A stretch of 63,046 nt of DNA, filler included, from Chiloscyllium plagiosum (Eukaryota): assembly GCF_004010195.1 (NCBI RefSeq). It is 4 parts of one record of this genome, joined end to end, with 100 filler letters (N's around TTAATTAATTAA, not from the genome) between each part and the next. Parts side by side here need not be neighbours in the genome. Positions count along the whole stretch, not along the records: positions 1 to 20,351 come from NC_057710.1; 3 more parts are not named here. The stretch is one strand, 5' to 3'. The position numbers and the translations under genes were made by a program. The notes beneath the pieces were generated by a model. It saw only the letters and a program-made list of their open reading frames with translations, was not told the DNA's origin and made no database searches. Of the stretch, positions 1-12,755 are shown in pieces (position 1 is the first letter of the stretch; every line of letters starts with the position of its first letter).

Positions 1-553
1 CCAATTGTCCAAATATCTGAAGCCCTCCCTCCTACACCATCCTTGCAGCCACGTGTTCAACTGCACTCTCTCCCTATTCCTTGCCTCACTGTCACATGGC
101 ACCGGCAACAACCCAGAGATGGCGACTCTGTCCATCCTGGCTTTTAGCTTCCAGCCTAACTCCTTGAGCTCCTGAATGACCTCCCCATCCCTCTTCCTAC
201 CTATGTCGTTGGTGCCAACGTGCACCACGACTTCTGGCTGCATACCCTCCCCCTTAAGGATTCTGAAGACACTGTCCGAGACGTCTTGGACCCTGGCACC
301 TGGGAGGCAACGAACCATCTGAGAGTCTCGCCCATGTCCACAGAACTGCCTGTCCGTCCCTCTAACTAAAGAGTCTCCTATAACTAGCGCTTTCCTCCTC
401 TCCCCCTTTCCCTTCTGAGCCTCAGAGCCGGACCTCGTGTCAGAGACCCGGTCACTGCAGCTTACCCCTGCTAGGCCGTCCCCCCCAACAGTATCCAAAG
501 CGGTATACTTATTGTTGAGGAGAACGACCACAGGGGATCCCTGCACTGCCTGC
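1..553 (-). mobile_element. CR1 LINE ORF1 fragment (SGNH esterase domain)
   Basis: Minus strand reads ALVIGDSLVRGTDRQFCG...CLPGARVQDVS...VVVHVGTNDIG...LNTWLQGWCRREGFRYLDNW (GDS and GTND motifs) and runs off the window edge. Confidence 0.9.
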
Positions 554-639
554 AGATCAACTGACAAATAATAAAATTAGTCTTATGCTCTTCATTGGTT
601 ACCTAAATAACTACCCATGAGATTGCAATTGGTTTTTCT

Positions 640-900
640 GCAGTGGTATTCCCTTTTGGCAGCAGTGGGCCATCGACTGCAGCAGTGTTGGTGCCTGGAG
701 CAAGGAACCCTGGATGTTGTAGGCCTGGAGCCAGGACCTCGCAGAAGTCCTGGAGCTGCGTTTGGGACCTCAACCAACGAAGATGAACTCTACTTAAGTA
801 TTTTCTTCTTATTCTTTTGTAGCGCAAAATGACACTTGGATTGTGGCAACTGAACACTTTTCACTGTATTTCCCTAGATATATGGGTAAAATCATTTATT
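640..900 (+). mobile_element. 3' part of a non-autonomous retroposon with a Rex1-like tail
   Basis: GC-rich body ending in acttttcactgta, similar to the tail at ~2210-2250. Confidence 0.35.
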
Positions 901-1599
901 CATGCAAATTACCTTGGCAGTTCATCAAGGTGAGTGATGGCATTTTGGAGAATGATGCAGAATTTTCCTTTGCACCAAGTGTTCCATGATGAAACAGTTT
1001 GTGAGGAACAATTTCTATCAATGCTATCTTGGGTATGAATACACCCATTATCTAGGTTAAATTATGACCCAGATCTGAGAGTTAATAAAAGTGTTCTACA
1101 TACTACGGTTCTTGATCCTGAACCAAAAGAAGAAAAATCCTGCATGAAATGTGCACTTTTAAAGATTAAGAAAAACATTTCATTTCGTTAAAAATCAATG
1201 CCAAGTGAAGATGTAGTTTTGAATCATTTTGGAACTAAGTAGATTTCTTATCTAGATTTCCGTACAAGATTTCATAGTCAAATTTTGTAATAACTTGTTT
1301 TTCTCATTCTCTTCTCTTGTCCCTTCCTCTATACACGTGTTTACCAGTTTAGTGTGCTTTTAAATATTCCTCTCAAGACATTTGTTACTGAATCATCATA
1401 GGATGGTTTCAAGACAGAAAGAGGCCATTCAGCCCATCATTTCCAGGGCAACTTATTCCAAAGAATAAAAACAGCTTGTCCCACTGTAAACACACATTCG
1501 CTGTAGGTCTGCAAATTATCTTTTGCTATTCAGTTGCATGTCCCATTCTTCTTTGAAAGCTCCAGTTGGAGGACAGCGCACCACCCCCACCCCCACCCC

Positions 1600-2255
1600 C
1601 ACCCATGTATAAATCAATGGAATAGAAGTTAAGAGGGTTGACAGCATCAAGTTCCTAGGAGTGACGATAACTGGCAACCCACATAGATGCAATGGTCAAA
1701 GCAGCGCAACAACGCCCCTTCTTCCTCAGGCGACTTAAGAAATTTGGCATGTTCATAAGGACCCTCACCAACTTTTACAGATGTACCATAGAAAGCATAC
1801 TATCCAGGTGCATAACGGTCTGGTATGGCAACTACTCTGCCCAGCACTGGAAGAAACTAGAGAAGGTTGCATGCTCAGACCAGACCATTACAGATGTCAA
1901 CCTCCCATCCATGGATTTCCACTTACACTTCCTGTTGTTGCAGAAGCCTTCCAACAAAGAGCCCACCCACCCCAGTAGTGCTCTCGTACAACCCCTGTCA
2001 GGCAGAAAACACAGAAGCTTGAAAACATGCATCAACAGAATAACTTCTTCCCTGCCATCATCAGACTAGTGAATGGACTCTCTAGCTTCAAATAATGCCG
2101 ATCTTGTTAATGTTGATTTTGCTTCGCGTACCTCCTGTGCACTGTAGGTCTCATTCTGTCGAAGCATCCTATAATCAGTATGTCTTTGCTTACTCTGCTC
2201 GCAAACAATGCTTTCCACTGTACTTAGGTACACATGACTACAAAAAATCAAATCA
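1600..2255 (+). mobile_element. Rex1/Babar LINE 3' fragment (RT C-terminus plus tail)
   Basis: ORF 1692-2069 KAAQQRPFFLRRLKKFGM..TLTNFYRCTIESILSRCITVWYGN; tail ctttccactgtac..gtacacatgac..aaatcaaatca. Confidence 0.85.
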
Positions 2256-3316
2256 GTTGTATCATTCTCTACCACTGCTTCTTGACCTTCCACCAATAAG
2301 TTTAATTTCTCTCTCCAGACTCACGTTATTTCACCCAACAAATCCGTTCTCAGATTTTCATTGCTCCAAGAACAATGTTAGCTTCTTCAATCTGCGCATG
2401 TAACTAAAGTCTCATCCCCTGAACAATTCTTGTATATCATTTTTGTCTCCAATCTAAAGCTTTCAGCTAACGTACAAAATTGGACATAACACTACAATCA
2501 AAGCAGAAGCTGATTGTTACATAGGCTCATCATAACCTTACATCAAATATCTTTCACCTATTACCTAAACAATTTTTAAAACACCCATATATTTAAACTC
2601 CAAGTTCTTTCGCCATTTTGGAATACAAGATTTGAGTTGGTGTAAATTAACAAGGAGTAAGCTATCAGTACTTTTTCCCCCATTCAGTAGTACCCATTCT
2701 GAACTGTATGTACCAGAACTAATTCTCACCTGTTTTATCACATTAGTACTTGAGCACTGAGGTTTCAATCAACAGGGAGTTGCAGGTTTTGAACTTCACA
2801 TTATGCTGAACAGCCCAATGTTATATCAGCTTTTAAAAATAACTTTCTTCCAATCTTTGTTCAGATTTATTTCAATTTCGTCTCCAAATCACAATGCAGG
2901 TATCCTCTAAGAAATCCACCCATCCGCTCTTTGAAAATTATTTTGCAGATGTGAAGACTAACTATAATCAGGGGTGAGTGCCTGCAATTACCCACAATGC
3001 ACTCTGTGATTACTGCCAGGGAGCACAAAACCTTCATGTTCTTCAATCTATCCAACTGAGAGAGACCGGCATTTTCCTTGAAGGCTGCAAGACTGGTTGA
3101 TTATTTTATGTTCGTAATACCCTCTGCTTTCTGTTTTCCACACAACACTTGAAATCAGCATCTTTGCCTGCCACTAAAACGTAATGGAGGCCTACAGTCA
3201 GAATTTAAGTGCTTTTAAATGCCTTTAGTTGACAACCCCAGAAAAGGTAAAGGAGAAAATGCATGGAATTCCAAAACAAAAAAATGATCATATACAGATC
3301 GTATGCATGGGAAGAA

Positions 3317-3426
3317 TTACAATGAAAGAATAACTGAAGCTACAACAGAGCACAGGAATTCGATGTTAGCGATCACCCATTTGCCAGGATAGAACAGAAA
3401 TGAACTGCTTCCTAACTGTAACTCAC
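3317..3426 (-). other. Candidate terminal exon, or recursive-splice-like site, of an unidentified gene
   Basis: Minus strand gcataacctttttgattcttgcag|GTGAGT; the phase-1 frame gives ELQLGSSSFLFYPGKWVIANIEFLCSVVASVILSL*. Confidence 0.25.
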
Positions 3427-5410
3427 CTGCAAGAATCAAAAAGGTTATGCGAGGTCCAATAGCCAAGTTATAACAGTTTGTAAAGAGTACAAAAATACAT
3501 GTTTTTAAAATTTGGAACCAATACAACACCACACAACTAAAATGAGATTATTTAAAGCCTCCAAACGCATCAGATTCTAGAAGTATGCTCTCAATTAAAG
3601 CCCAACTGTAGTGATTTTCACTAGTAGAAGCTTCAGCCAGAACAAAGACACTTTTAATTTTTAGCTCATGGCAAACAAGGCTATGACAATTTTAATCCTT
3701 ATGAAATAAGATACATCAACCCCACACCTGAACCAGGTGACAAATATGATGAGAAGTGGCTGTGAGCAAGAGCCCTTGATTTCCTTATGGTACTCAGTTA
3801 CATTTTAACAAATCTTGCAGTAAGATGCAGGATGGGGTATATCCTGGCAGAGAAGTCAATTTTTTTCTCACTGGGTGGTGGAGGTGCACTCCTGCTTCTC
3901 ATTAAATTCTTCACAGCATTTTGTTTTGAGTGAGTTATCACAGGTTTTGCTTCACACGCAGTAGTCATACATATTCACATTCAGAAGTTATGCACATTTT
4001 TAAGGGGTTGTTGAACAATCACAAAGCAAATTATCTAAGCTTATAATTTGTACTGCTCAGCCTTTGCACTCATTCCACTGAGAATGAGAACCTCTAAGCT
4101 CAATTTCTAGTGTTTGAAGAACTAACAATACAGACAATTCCATGAGTAAATGCCTCCAATTTCAATGGTGTGCGAGTCTTAGACAGTAGTGCAATCCATT
4201 GTCATAAATGTAGTCAAATAAGATTCCTAAGTGGCCATGTGTAAAGCCAAACAAACAGTGAGTGTTAACAGCAGACAAGTCTGATCTTTTCCATATCTAG
4301 TATTTTCAGACATTGTTTAGCAAGCACCTCCACATAGAGAGAGAGCTTGGACTATTTGTTTAGGCATGGCCTTGGAAGGAGGTAGATGCACAGCAGGTAG
4401 AAGGATTCTGGAGTCAAACTAATTCTTCATCATCCCAATCCGATGCAGACTGCACACAAGAAGAAGATTTAGTGCAATAGGCAACTGCTTTGTTGGCTTC
4501 ATGAGCATTATACTAGTAAACTGCAGGTGCCACTGCCAACCCCAAAGTCAGCTCATCTGTCAGAGGAGTTGAGCAAGATCAGGTAGCCATTAGGAGGTGC
4601 CCATTAAAAAGGATATGTGTATTGGCCAATACCATAGATTTAACATGCAGCTAGACGGTAAACCTATAATAAGCTATGAATTTCCATGGATCACTCCCAT
4701 TCATCAGCAATGACTTGGACACAAGTGATAAGGACTCAAGTATTGAGGGAAAATGGAAACATTTATTACTCTTTCAACAAAGCTACACAATCTCTACGCA
4801 AAATTCATCTCTTTAGTCATTTGGAAATGCATTGTCAACATCTAACCTATGCACTTTCCACATCAATGCCTCAACTGCTCAGCGTCCACTTGCTAATCAG
4901 ACATTCCCATTGTCAAATTACTTCTTCTTGATAAGCAGTGCCTCGTAAATCCCACACATTTTCCAGTCTCTTGTCAACTCTGAGGGCTGAGTATCAGCTA
5001 TTAACCAAAGATTTTACTTTGAACTCTTGTTGGTTGGTCCTAGACTTCCATCTTACTTACACCAAAATGGCTCATTTTCCCAACCAACACTTAAAAAAAA
5101 CGTACAAGTATCTTAACAAAAGGGAAACAGAACTTTTTTTCCAGCAGTAAAATTCAAAATGTTCCTTCCCCACCATGAATAAAAGGTGAGTCATTCTTAA
5201 AATTAGGTAACAGACTTCAAAAGCGCTAGACACCATACCAGATAGAAAATGTATTGAAACTTTGTCTACATATAGTAGAGAGTGATGAATCAGTATCTGA
5301 ACCAGCAACCTAATGATTATTGTACCAAATAGGCAATTGAAGGAAATGGACCTCATGTTCCTGCTATAAACAGCTAAAATTGCAATAAAAAATTAGAAAT
5401 GAAACAAGAC

Positions 5411-8400
5411 TTCAGGGAGCGAGTATGGAAGCTGAGAGCTAGACCGAACAGTTGTTATTGCTGGTTTATTACCCATGCCATGTGATAGCGAGGCAAGGAA
5501 TAGGGAGAGATATCAGCTGAACATGTGGCTGCAAGGATGGTGCAGGAGGGAGGGTTCAGGTTTTTGGATAATTGGGGCTCATTCTGGGGAAGGTGGGACT
5601 TGTACAAACAGGACAGTCTTCACTTAAACCAGAGGGGTACTAATACCCTGGATGGGAAATTTGCTGATGCTATTCGGGTGGGTTTAAACTAGCTCAGCCG
5701 GAGGATAGGAACCGGTGGTGGAGTTACAATGCACAGGAGGATGAGAGTAGGAAGGACAGGGGCAGGATTTCAGGGTCACAGCAATGTGCTGGCAGACTGC
5801 AAACTGGTTTGAAGTTTGTTTACTTCAACACCAGGAGTAACCGGAATAAGGTAGATGAACTTGCAGCATGGATAGGTACCCGGGACTTCAATGTTGTGGC
5901 CATTTCGGAGACATGAATAGAACAGGGTGAAGAATGGACGTTGCAGGTTCCAAGGTTTAGATCTTTCATTAAGTACAGGCAAGGTGGTAAAAAAGAGGGA
6001 GGCATGGCCATGTTAGTCAAGGATAGTATAACAGTGGCTGAGAGAACGTTTGATGAGGACTCGTCTACTGAAATAGTGTGGGCTCAGGTTAGAAACAGGA
6101 GAGGAGAGGTCACACTGCTTGGAGTTTTTTTATAGGCCTCCGCAGAGTTCCAGAGAGGTGGAAGAGAGGATTGGCAAAATTATTCTGGGTAGGAGTGAAA
6201 GGAACAGGGTGGTCATTATGGGGGACTTGAACTTCCCCAACATTGACTGGAAATGCTATAACTCTTGTACGTATCATGGATCAGTTTTTGTCCAATATGT
6301 ACAGAGGAGGGTTTCCTGACACAGTATGTCGAAGGGCCGACAAGAGGGGAGGCCATACTGGATCTGGTGCTTGGAAATGAACCAGGCCAGTGGTTTAATT
6401 TAGTTGTAGGTGAGCACTTTGGAGACAGTGACCATAATTCAATTAAGTTCAGTTTAGAATGGAAAGGGATAGGTACTTGCCACAGGTCAAGAGTTATTGA
6501 TGGGTCAAGGGCAATTATAATGTGATTAGGCAAGAATTAGATTAGATTAGATTAGATTACAGTGTGGAAACAGGCCCTTCGGCCCAACAAGTCCACACCG
6601 ACCCGCCGAAGCGCAACCCACCCACCCCTACATTTACCCCTTACCTAACACTACGGGCAATTTAGCATGGCCAATTCACCTGACCTGCACATCTTTGGAC
6701 TGTGGGAGGAAACCAGAGCACCCGGAGGAAACCCACGCAGACACGGGGAGAACGTGCAAACTCCACACAGTCAGTCGCCTGAGGCGGGAATTGAACCCAG
6801 GTCTCTGGTGCTGTGAGGCAGCAGTGCTAACCACTGTGCCACCGTGCCGCCCATGAATTAGGATGCATAGAATGCGGTAGCAAAATGCAGGATATGCAGA
6901 CAATGGAAATGTGGAGCTGGTTTAAGGGACAGATATTGCGTGTCCTTGATTGGTATGTCCCTGTCAGGCAGGGAGGAAGTGATAAGGTAAAGGAACTGTG
7001 GTTTACTACGGAAATTGCATTTCTTATTAAGCAGAAGAGGGAGGCTTATGTGTTGATGAGGCAAGGTGGTTCAGATGGGACAATGGAGTGCTACAGATCA
7101 GCAAGGAAGGATTTAAAGAGAGAGTTAAGAAGAGCAAAGAGAGGACACGAGCAGTCTTTAGTAAATAGAATAAAGGAGAACCATAAAGCTTTCTACAGGT
7201 ATGTGAGGAATAAAAGGATGATTAGAGTAGGAGTAGGGCCAGTCAAAGACAGAAGTGGGAAGGTGAGTGTGTACCTGGTGTAGATCATTGAGGTGTTAAA
7301 TGAACATTTCTCATTGGTTTTCACTCAGGAAAAGGAGAATATTTTGGAGGAGAAGAATGAGATATGAGATATTAAATTAGAAAGGATCGAGGTTAGTTAT
7401 GAACAGGTGTTATCAATTCTAGAAGGAGTGAAAGTAGACAAGTCCCCTAGGCCAGATGGGATTAATTCAAGGATTCTCTGGGAAGCTAGAGAGGAGATAG
7501 CAGAGCCTTTGGCTTTGATATTTCAGTCATCATTGCCTACAGGTTTGGTACACAGGACTGGGGGATTGCAAATGTTGTGCTGTCGTTCAAGAAGGGCAGT
7601 AGAGATGACCCAGGTAATTATAGACCAGTAAGCCTTACTTCTGTTGTTGGAAAGGTATTGGAAAGGATTATAAGAGATGAGATTTATAATCATCTCGCAA
7701 GCAACAATTTGATTTCAAATAGTCAACATGGTTTTGTCAAGGGCAGGTCGTGTGTCATAAACCTCTGAGTTTTTTGAGAAGGTGACCAAGCATGTAGATG
7801 AGGGTAGGGCAGTTGACATAGTATACATGGACTTCAGTAAAGCCTTTGATAAAGTTCCAGATGGTAGGCTGATGGAGAAAATACAGAGGCATGGAATTGA
7901 GGGTGATTTAGCAGTTTGGATTAGAAACTAGCTTTTTGAAAGAAGGCAGCGAGTGGTGGTTGATGAAAAATATTCAGCCTGGAGCCTGGAGTCTGGAGTC
8001 TGGTTATTAGTGGTGTGCCACAAGGATCTGTTTTGGGACCACTGCTGTTTGCCATTCTTATAAATGACTTAGACGCAGGCATAGGTGGATGGATTAGTCA
8101 ATTTGCAGACGACACTAAAGTCGGTGAAGTAGTGGAAAGTGTGGAAGAATGTTGCAGTTTGCAGGGGGACTTGGATAAACTGCAGAATTGGGCTGAAAGG
8201 TGGCAAATGGAGTTCAATGCAGCTAAATGTGAGGTGATGCACTTTGGGAAGAATAACAGGATGGCAGAGTACTGGGTCGATGGAAAGATTCTTGGTAGTG
8301 TGGATGTGCAGAGGGATCTTGTAATCCATGCACATAGATCCCTGAACGTTGCCACCCAGGTGGATAGTGCTGTTAAGAAGACATATGATGTGTTAGGTTT

Positions 8401-8961
8401 CATTGATAGAGAGATGGAGTTCCAGAGCCGCAATATCATGCTGCAACTATACAAAATGCTGGTGCGGCCACTTGGAATATTGTGTATAGTTCTGGTCCCC
8501 ATATTTCGGGAAGGATGTGGAAGCATTGGAAAAGGTTCAGAGGAGATTTACCAGGATGTTGCCTGGTCTGGAGGGAAGGTCTTATGAGGAAAGGCTGAGA
8601 GACTTGAACCTGTCTCATTGGCAAGAAGAAGGCTAAGAGGGGATTTGATAGAGACATACAAGATGATCAAGAGGATTAGATAGGGTAGATAGCGAAAGTC
8701 TTTTTCCTAGGATGATGACGTCAGAGCATAACTACAAGTTGAGGGGTGATAGATTTCAGACAGGTGTCAGAGATAGGTTCTTTACGTAGAGAGTGGTAAG
8801 GGCGTGGAATGCCCTACCTGCTAATGTAGTCAAATCAGCCACATTACTGAGATTTAAACACATGGATGATTTTGGAATAGTGTAGGGGGACGAGCTGAGA
8901 ATAGTTCACAGGTCGGCGCAACATCGAGGGCCTGTTCTGCACTGTATTGTTCTATGTTCTA
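5411..8961 (+). mobile_element. CR1 (HER1-like) LINE: ORF1 3' end plus disrupted ORF2 (APE endonuclease and RT) and 3' tail
   Basis: FYRPP, IMGDLNFPNIDW, PTRGEAILDLVLGNE, NYRPVSLTSVVGKVLE, PQGSVLGPLLF, FADDTK; ttctatgttct tail; frameshifts present. Confidence 0.95.
6541..6854 (-). mobile_element. HE1-type tRNA-derived SINE inserted in CR1 ORF2
   Basis: Head gggcggcacggtggcacagtggttagcac with B-box ggttcaattcc on the minus strand; (attag)n tail; TSD gaattag at 6534-6540 and 6855-6861. Confidence 0.92.
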
Positions 8962-10079
8962 AGATAACCACTTGCAGGCAAGATTACAAATTAAACAACA
9001 GAAAAGTTATTTCAAAAGGGTCTCAGGCTGGACAAATATGCTTTGAGTGATCAACACTAATAGAACTTGAATAATACTGAAAAAATAAATTTGAGAAAAC
9101 TTTTCCAATGACACTCAGTAGGACATTTGCAATAGAAAATGGAACATTTATCCTGAAATAGAATGCAGTGCTAACTGATTGGCAAGTGAATGCTGATTGG
9201 TGGAGGCATTGCCATGGAAACATGCCAGGTAGATGAAGACAGTTCACTGCCAACCTTTATTTAAATTTGACTTTGACTAGTTAAGGCATTTCTCTGTAAC
9301 GAAACAGAATAGCTATTGTCAGCTCTGACAAGTTGAACCATACAATGCAATGTATATTTCTGTCAGTAAAGAAAGCAGAACATCATTTTTTCCTTGGTGT
9401 GCTGAGAAATCAGCCAGGGTTTGACTATTTGCTAATGCAAGCCTTCCTTCACTAGACATAAAATAATACATATGTTGTTCTCCTTTACATAGGATATTCA
9501 CAAGAATGACAGGTGTGTCGAAAATATAAAGCTTAACTTTTTTAAAACAATACTTTTCAGAATCATAATAAAACTACTTAACATGCAGAAAACAATTGAA
9601 CTCAAACATCAAGACCTGGGGTCTTAAAAAAAAACACACGCGTGTCCCCCCCCAGGCAACTAGTTGAATCCAATACCTCAGATGTTCAAATTTGTTGCAG
9701 TTAATTTTAAAATCTAAGAAATGCCTGGGACAAAAGCTCCAAAATGATAATTCCAGAGCTTACAGAACAAGTCCAAGTTAAGATCCCATCAGTTTACACA
9801 TTATAAACAAGTAACAACAGTATACAACAATAGTATTTTACCAAAGGATCACAGAAAAAGCAAGCGTTATTTGAAGAAATGCCCTACCTCCCACTTCTTT
9901 TGTTTTGGCAATTTTGACACCACTCTCAACTCTTCAGACAATAAGATGGGAAAAATCTTTTCTCCTTCCATCTCAAGTGGCACTAAGCAGGCTTGTGCTG
10001 ATTCCCTGCTGGAAGGCAAGACTGCAGGCCGCTACCTATGCAACTCTAAAGATTTCTTCAAAGATAACCCTACCCTCCT

Positions 10080-10240
10080 CCCAATATCCCAGACAATCAA
10101 CAGAAGTCTGCTTTGCATTCGTTTATATTTACTTCAAAAAAACGTTTCAACCTACAGGACTGCCAACCTCTACCCACCCCCGACTCTTACGTAAGTCCTT
10201 CCACTAATAATGCATGCTTTTGTCACACTCCTTGCAAACT
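10080..10240 (+). mobile_element. Old L2-clade LINE fragment
   Basis: Reads ...IMHAFVTLL, resembling the L2 RT C-terminal LIHAFVTSRLD motif. Confidence 0.45.
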
Positions 10241-10309
10241 TGCATAAAACCATAGTGCATACAAATCTCTCCGGCATGATGTCTGAAGATGATTGTTGGT
10301 CAGGCCAGT

Positions 10310-10690
10310 TTTTAATTACTCCCACACCAGTGGAGTTTAGAAGAGTGAGGGCTGACTTAAGATCAGAAATGAAGGGATGTTTCCTCTTGTGCATAAATTT
10401 ACAATTATGGGACATAATTTTAAAATTAGGGGTACCCTTGTAGGACAGAAATGAGAGAATACTTTTCTGACAGTTGAAACAGTTTGGGAAAACTCCACCT
10501 CAATTGGCAGTGGACTTCAATGCTTTTAAAAGTAGAGGAAGATTGATTATTTTGTCTAACAAGAATCTAAGGTTGTCAGGGTAGATGTAAATGTGGAGTT
10601 AGAAGCAAACTGATCAGACATGATCTTATTGAATGGTGGAGCAGAGGCTCCAGAGGTCAATGTTACTACTTTTGTTTTTGATATGTTCAT
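10310..10690 (+). mobile_element. Old CR1 3' fragment
   Basis: EFRRVRADL.. motif, followed by a CR1-type 3' UTR (atcagacatgatcttattgaatggtggagcag). Confidence 0.7.
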
Positions 10691-11096
10691 ACATAGCATG
10701 TTATCAAGACCCTCAATGAGCTACATTAGCTTCCTATTCTTGAACTATAAAAGCAAAAAACCTAAATGGAAATGTGTTGTAATTTTACCAAAGGGGTGAC
10801 ATTGGGTCTGATCATGTACTGACCAAACCTATGTAAGAACATCCCCAAAAAACATAAGAAAATTGCTGTAGAAATTTATGATGTGTATGAAAAGACAGAG
10901 ACAAATACATGCAAAGTTCACAATTAGAAGCATTTGTCTATTTTGATGGTGTATTGCCGAGTGAGTGCATGTTAGATGATGGTTAATTAACCGTTTTTGA
11001 AAAGCTGAAGATAAAAAAAGTTTATTTTAGAAGAGCTGAAGAAAAACATAAAACAAAGACCTGCTGTCCTCCTGACTTACAACCAGGCAGGAATGT

Positions 11097-11750
11097 TAGA
11101 CAGAGACAAAAAAACTGCAGATGCTGGAATCCAACTAGACAAGGAGGAGTCTGGAAATACACAGCAAGCCAGGCAGCATCCAGAGGAGCAGAAGTCAACG
11201 TTTCAGGTATAACTCTTCTTCAGGAATGGAGGTGGGGATAGGGGGAGCTGCAGATAAAATTGGGAGGGGAGGGTTTAAGATGGGGAGAAGGACGGAATGG
11301 GGAAGTAGTGATAACTCTGTCTTTATTGTTTTTGGGGGAGTGGAGGCATTTAGAGCAGTTGCAGGGGAAAAAAAGAGGAAGTGTGGTGGATGGCTGTCTG
11401 GATGACAGACGGGGGAAAGGAACATTTTTTTAAAATAGGTGGAAAACTGGGATTCTTGGGAGTGGAACATCTCCACGTCAGAGCAGATGCCACAGAGACA
11501 GAAGGGTTGGGAAAACAGGATGGGTTTTGCAGGATATGATGTGGGAGATGGTGTAGTCCAAGTAGTTATGGAAGTCTTTGGGTTTACAGTAAATGTCAAT
11601 CCATAAAGTGTTGCTGTAGATGGAAATGGCAAGGTCAAGAAAGGGGAGGGAGGTGTTCTTGATAGACCAAGTGAATTTGAGGACAGGGTGGAAATTGTTA
11701 GCAAAGTTGATGAACTGCTCCATCCAAGCAGAATGTACTGCAACTATGTG
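11097..11750 (-). mobile_element. Penelope-like element fragment (RT C-terminus plus pseudo-LTR)
   Basis: EQFINFANNFHPVLKFTWSI..SLPFLDL..DIYCKPKDFHNYLDY; degenerate hammerhead ctgaagaagag..tgaaacgtt on the minus strand at ~11195-11225. Confidence 0.88.
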
Positions 11751-12564
11751 GAAGTAAAGATTTGCACACATCAGCATTTATTTACCACATTCCTGGCCTC
11801 TCAAATCTATACATTAGTTGAACACAGATTGTTTCTGCATTGATAGATAGACAGCCAGTATCAGACCACAGTTACTCATGAATGAGATAATGACTGAATT
11901 GACCATTACACCAACAATTACTGTTATCAAATGCTTATGTTGCTCTTTGTAAATGTATCAGGAACTATTCCAAAAAATACATCACTGATAGAAAACATAC
12001 ACATTTTCCACTTACTCAGTGTTCAATAAACAGAAGTTGCTGAGTTTCTATTTCACAGAAGTGAAATTTCTTTGCTAGGAAATAATTAAGAAACACTGAG
12101 TTAATAAGAAAATGAAGAGTTTATTACAGGTCAGGAAATGTTTGACTGGTTGAATGGTCCACACCTCCTCTTATGTTCGTCAGCATTTAATTGAGACATT
12201 TCTGCCCAAATGCATGAAAAATATATTCAAGGATCGTATATCACTTTGAGCATTAAATCCTAGAAGGGGCAGTGAAAGTTGGAGATTTGGTTAAAATTCC
12301 TCACAATTGTTTCCCACAATTGCTTGTCAAGAAACTTCCCACAAAATGTTTGCAAAAAACCTAGAAAACCCAAGTCATTACCTCAAAGATATTATGTTAA
12401 TAGGTAACCATAACTAAAACAGATTACTTCAACATGCCGGCAAAATAGATGGCAAGTTCCGATTTCTAGATATGACAACTCAATGCAAATCACAATAAAT
12501 CAGTTTAAAAGTTGTACAACATACACCTACATTTCAAAAAATACTTGGGATTTGTAAAGTACAT

Positions 12565-12755
12565 TACACAAATCTCAGAATGTCCAAAGTATTTCAGAAC
12601 CAACAGTCACTACTGGATTATTGGAAATGCAGCAATCAAGTTGCACAAAGAAAGTCTCTACAAATATCAAACTCCTGACAAGATATCCAGGAGATACTCA
12701 GTGGATGAAGATTAGTCAGGACACAAGTAAGAACTCTCTAGTTCTTAAAGAGTCA
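12565..12755 (-). mobile_element. DeuSINE (SacSINE1/AmnSINE1-like), 3' half
   Basis: Similar to the Deu domain and tail (cagaatgtccaaag..gcagcaatcaagttgcac..gtcaggacac..gaactctc); the 5' half lies at 14270-14455. Confidence 0.6.

Noticed and set aside
2949..2973. 25-nt + strand exon-like segment (ttttgcag|...GGG|gtgagt)
   Set aside because: Short pyrimidine tract, no recognisable peptide, and opposite strand to the other candidates in this contig.
8015..8587. RT ORFs (also 43363-43923) as host genes or retron/DGR-type systems
   Set aside because: These are ordinary CR1 ORF2 fragments with frameshifts and LINE tails.
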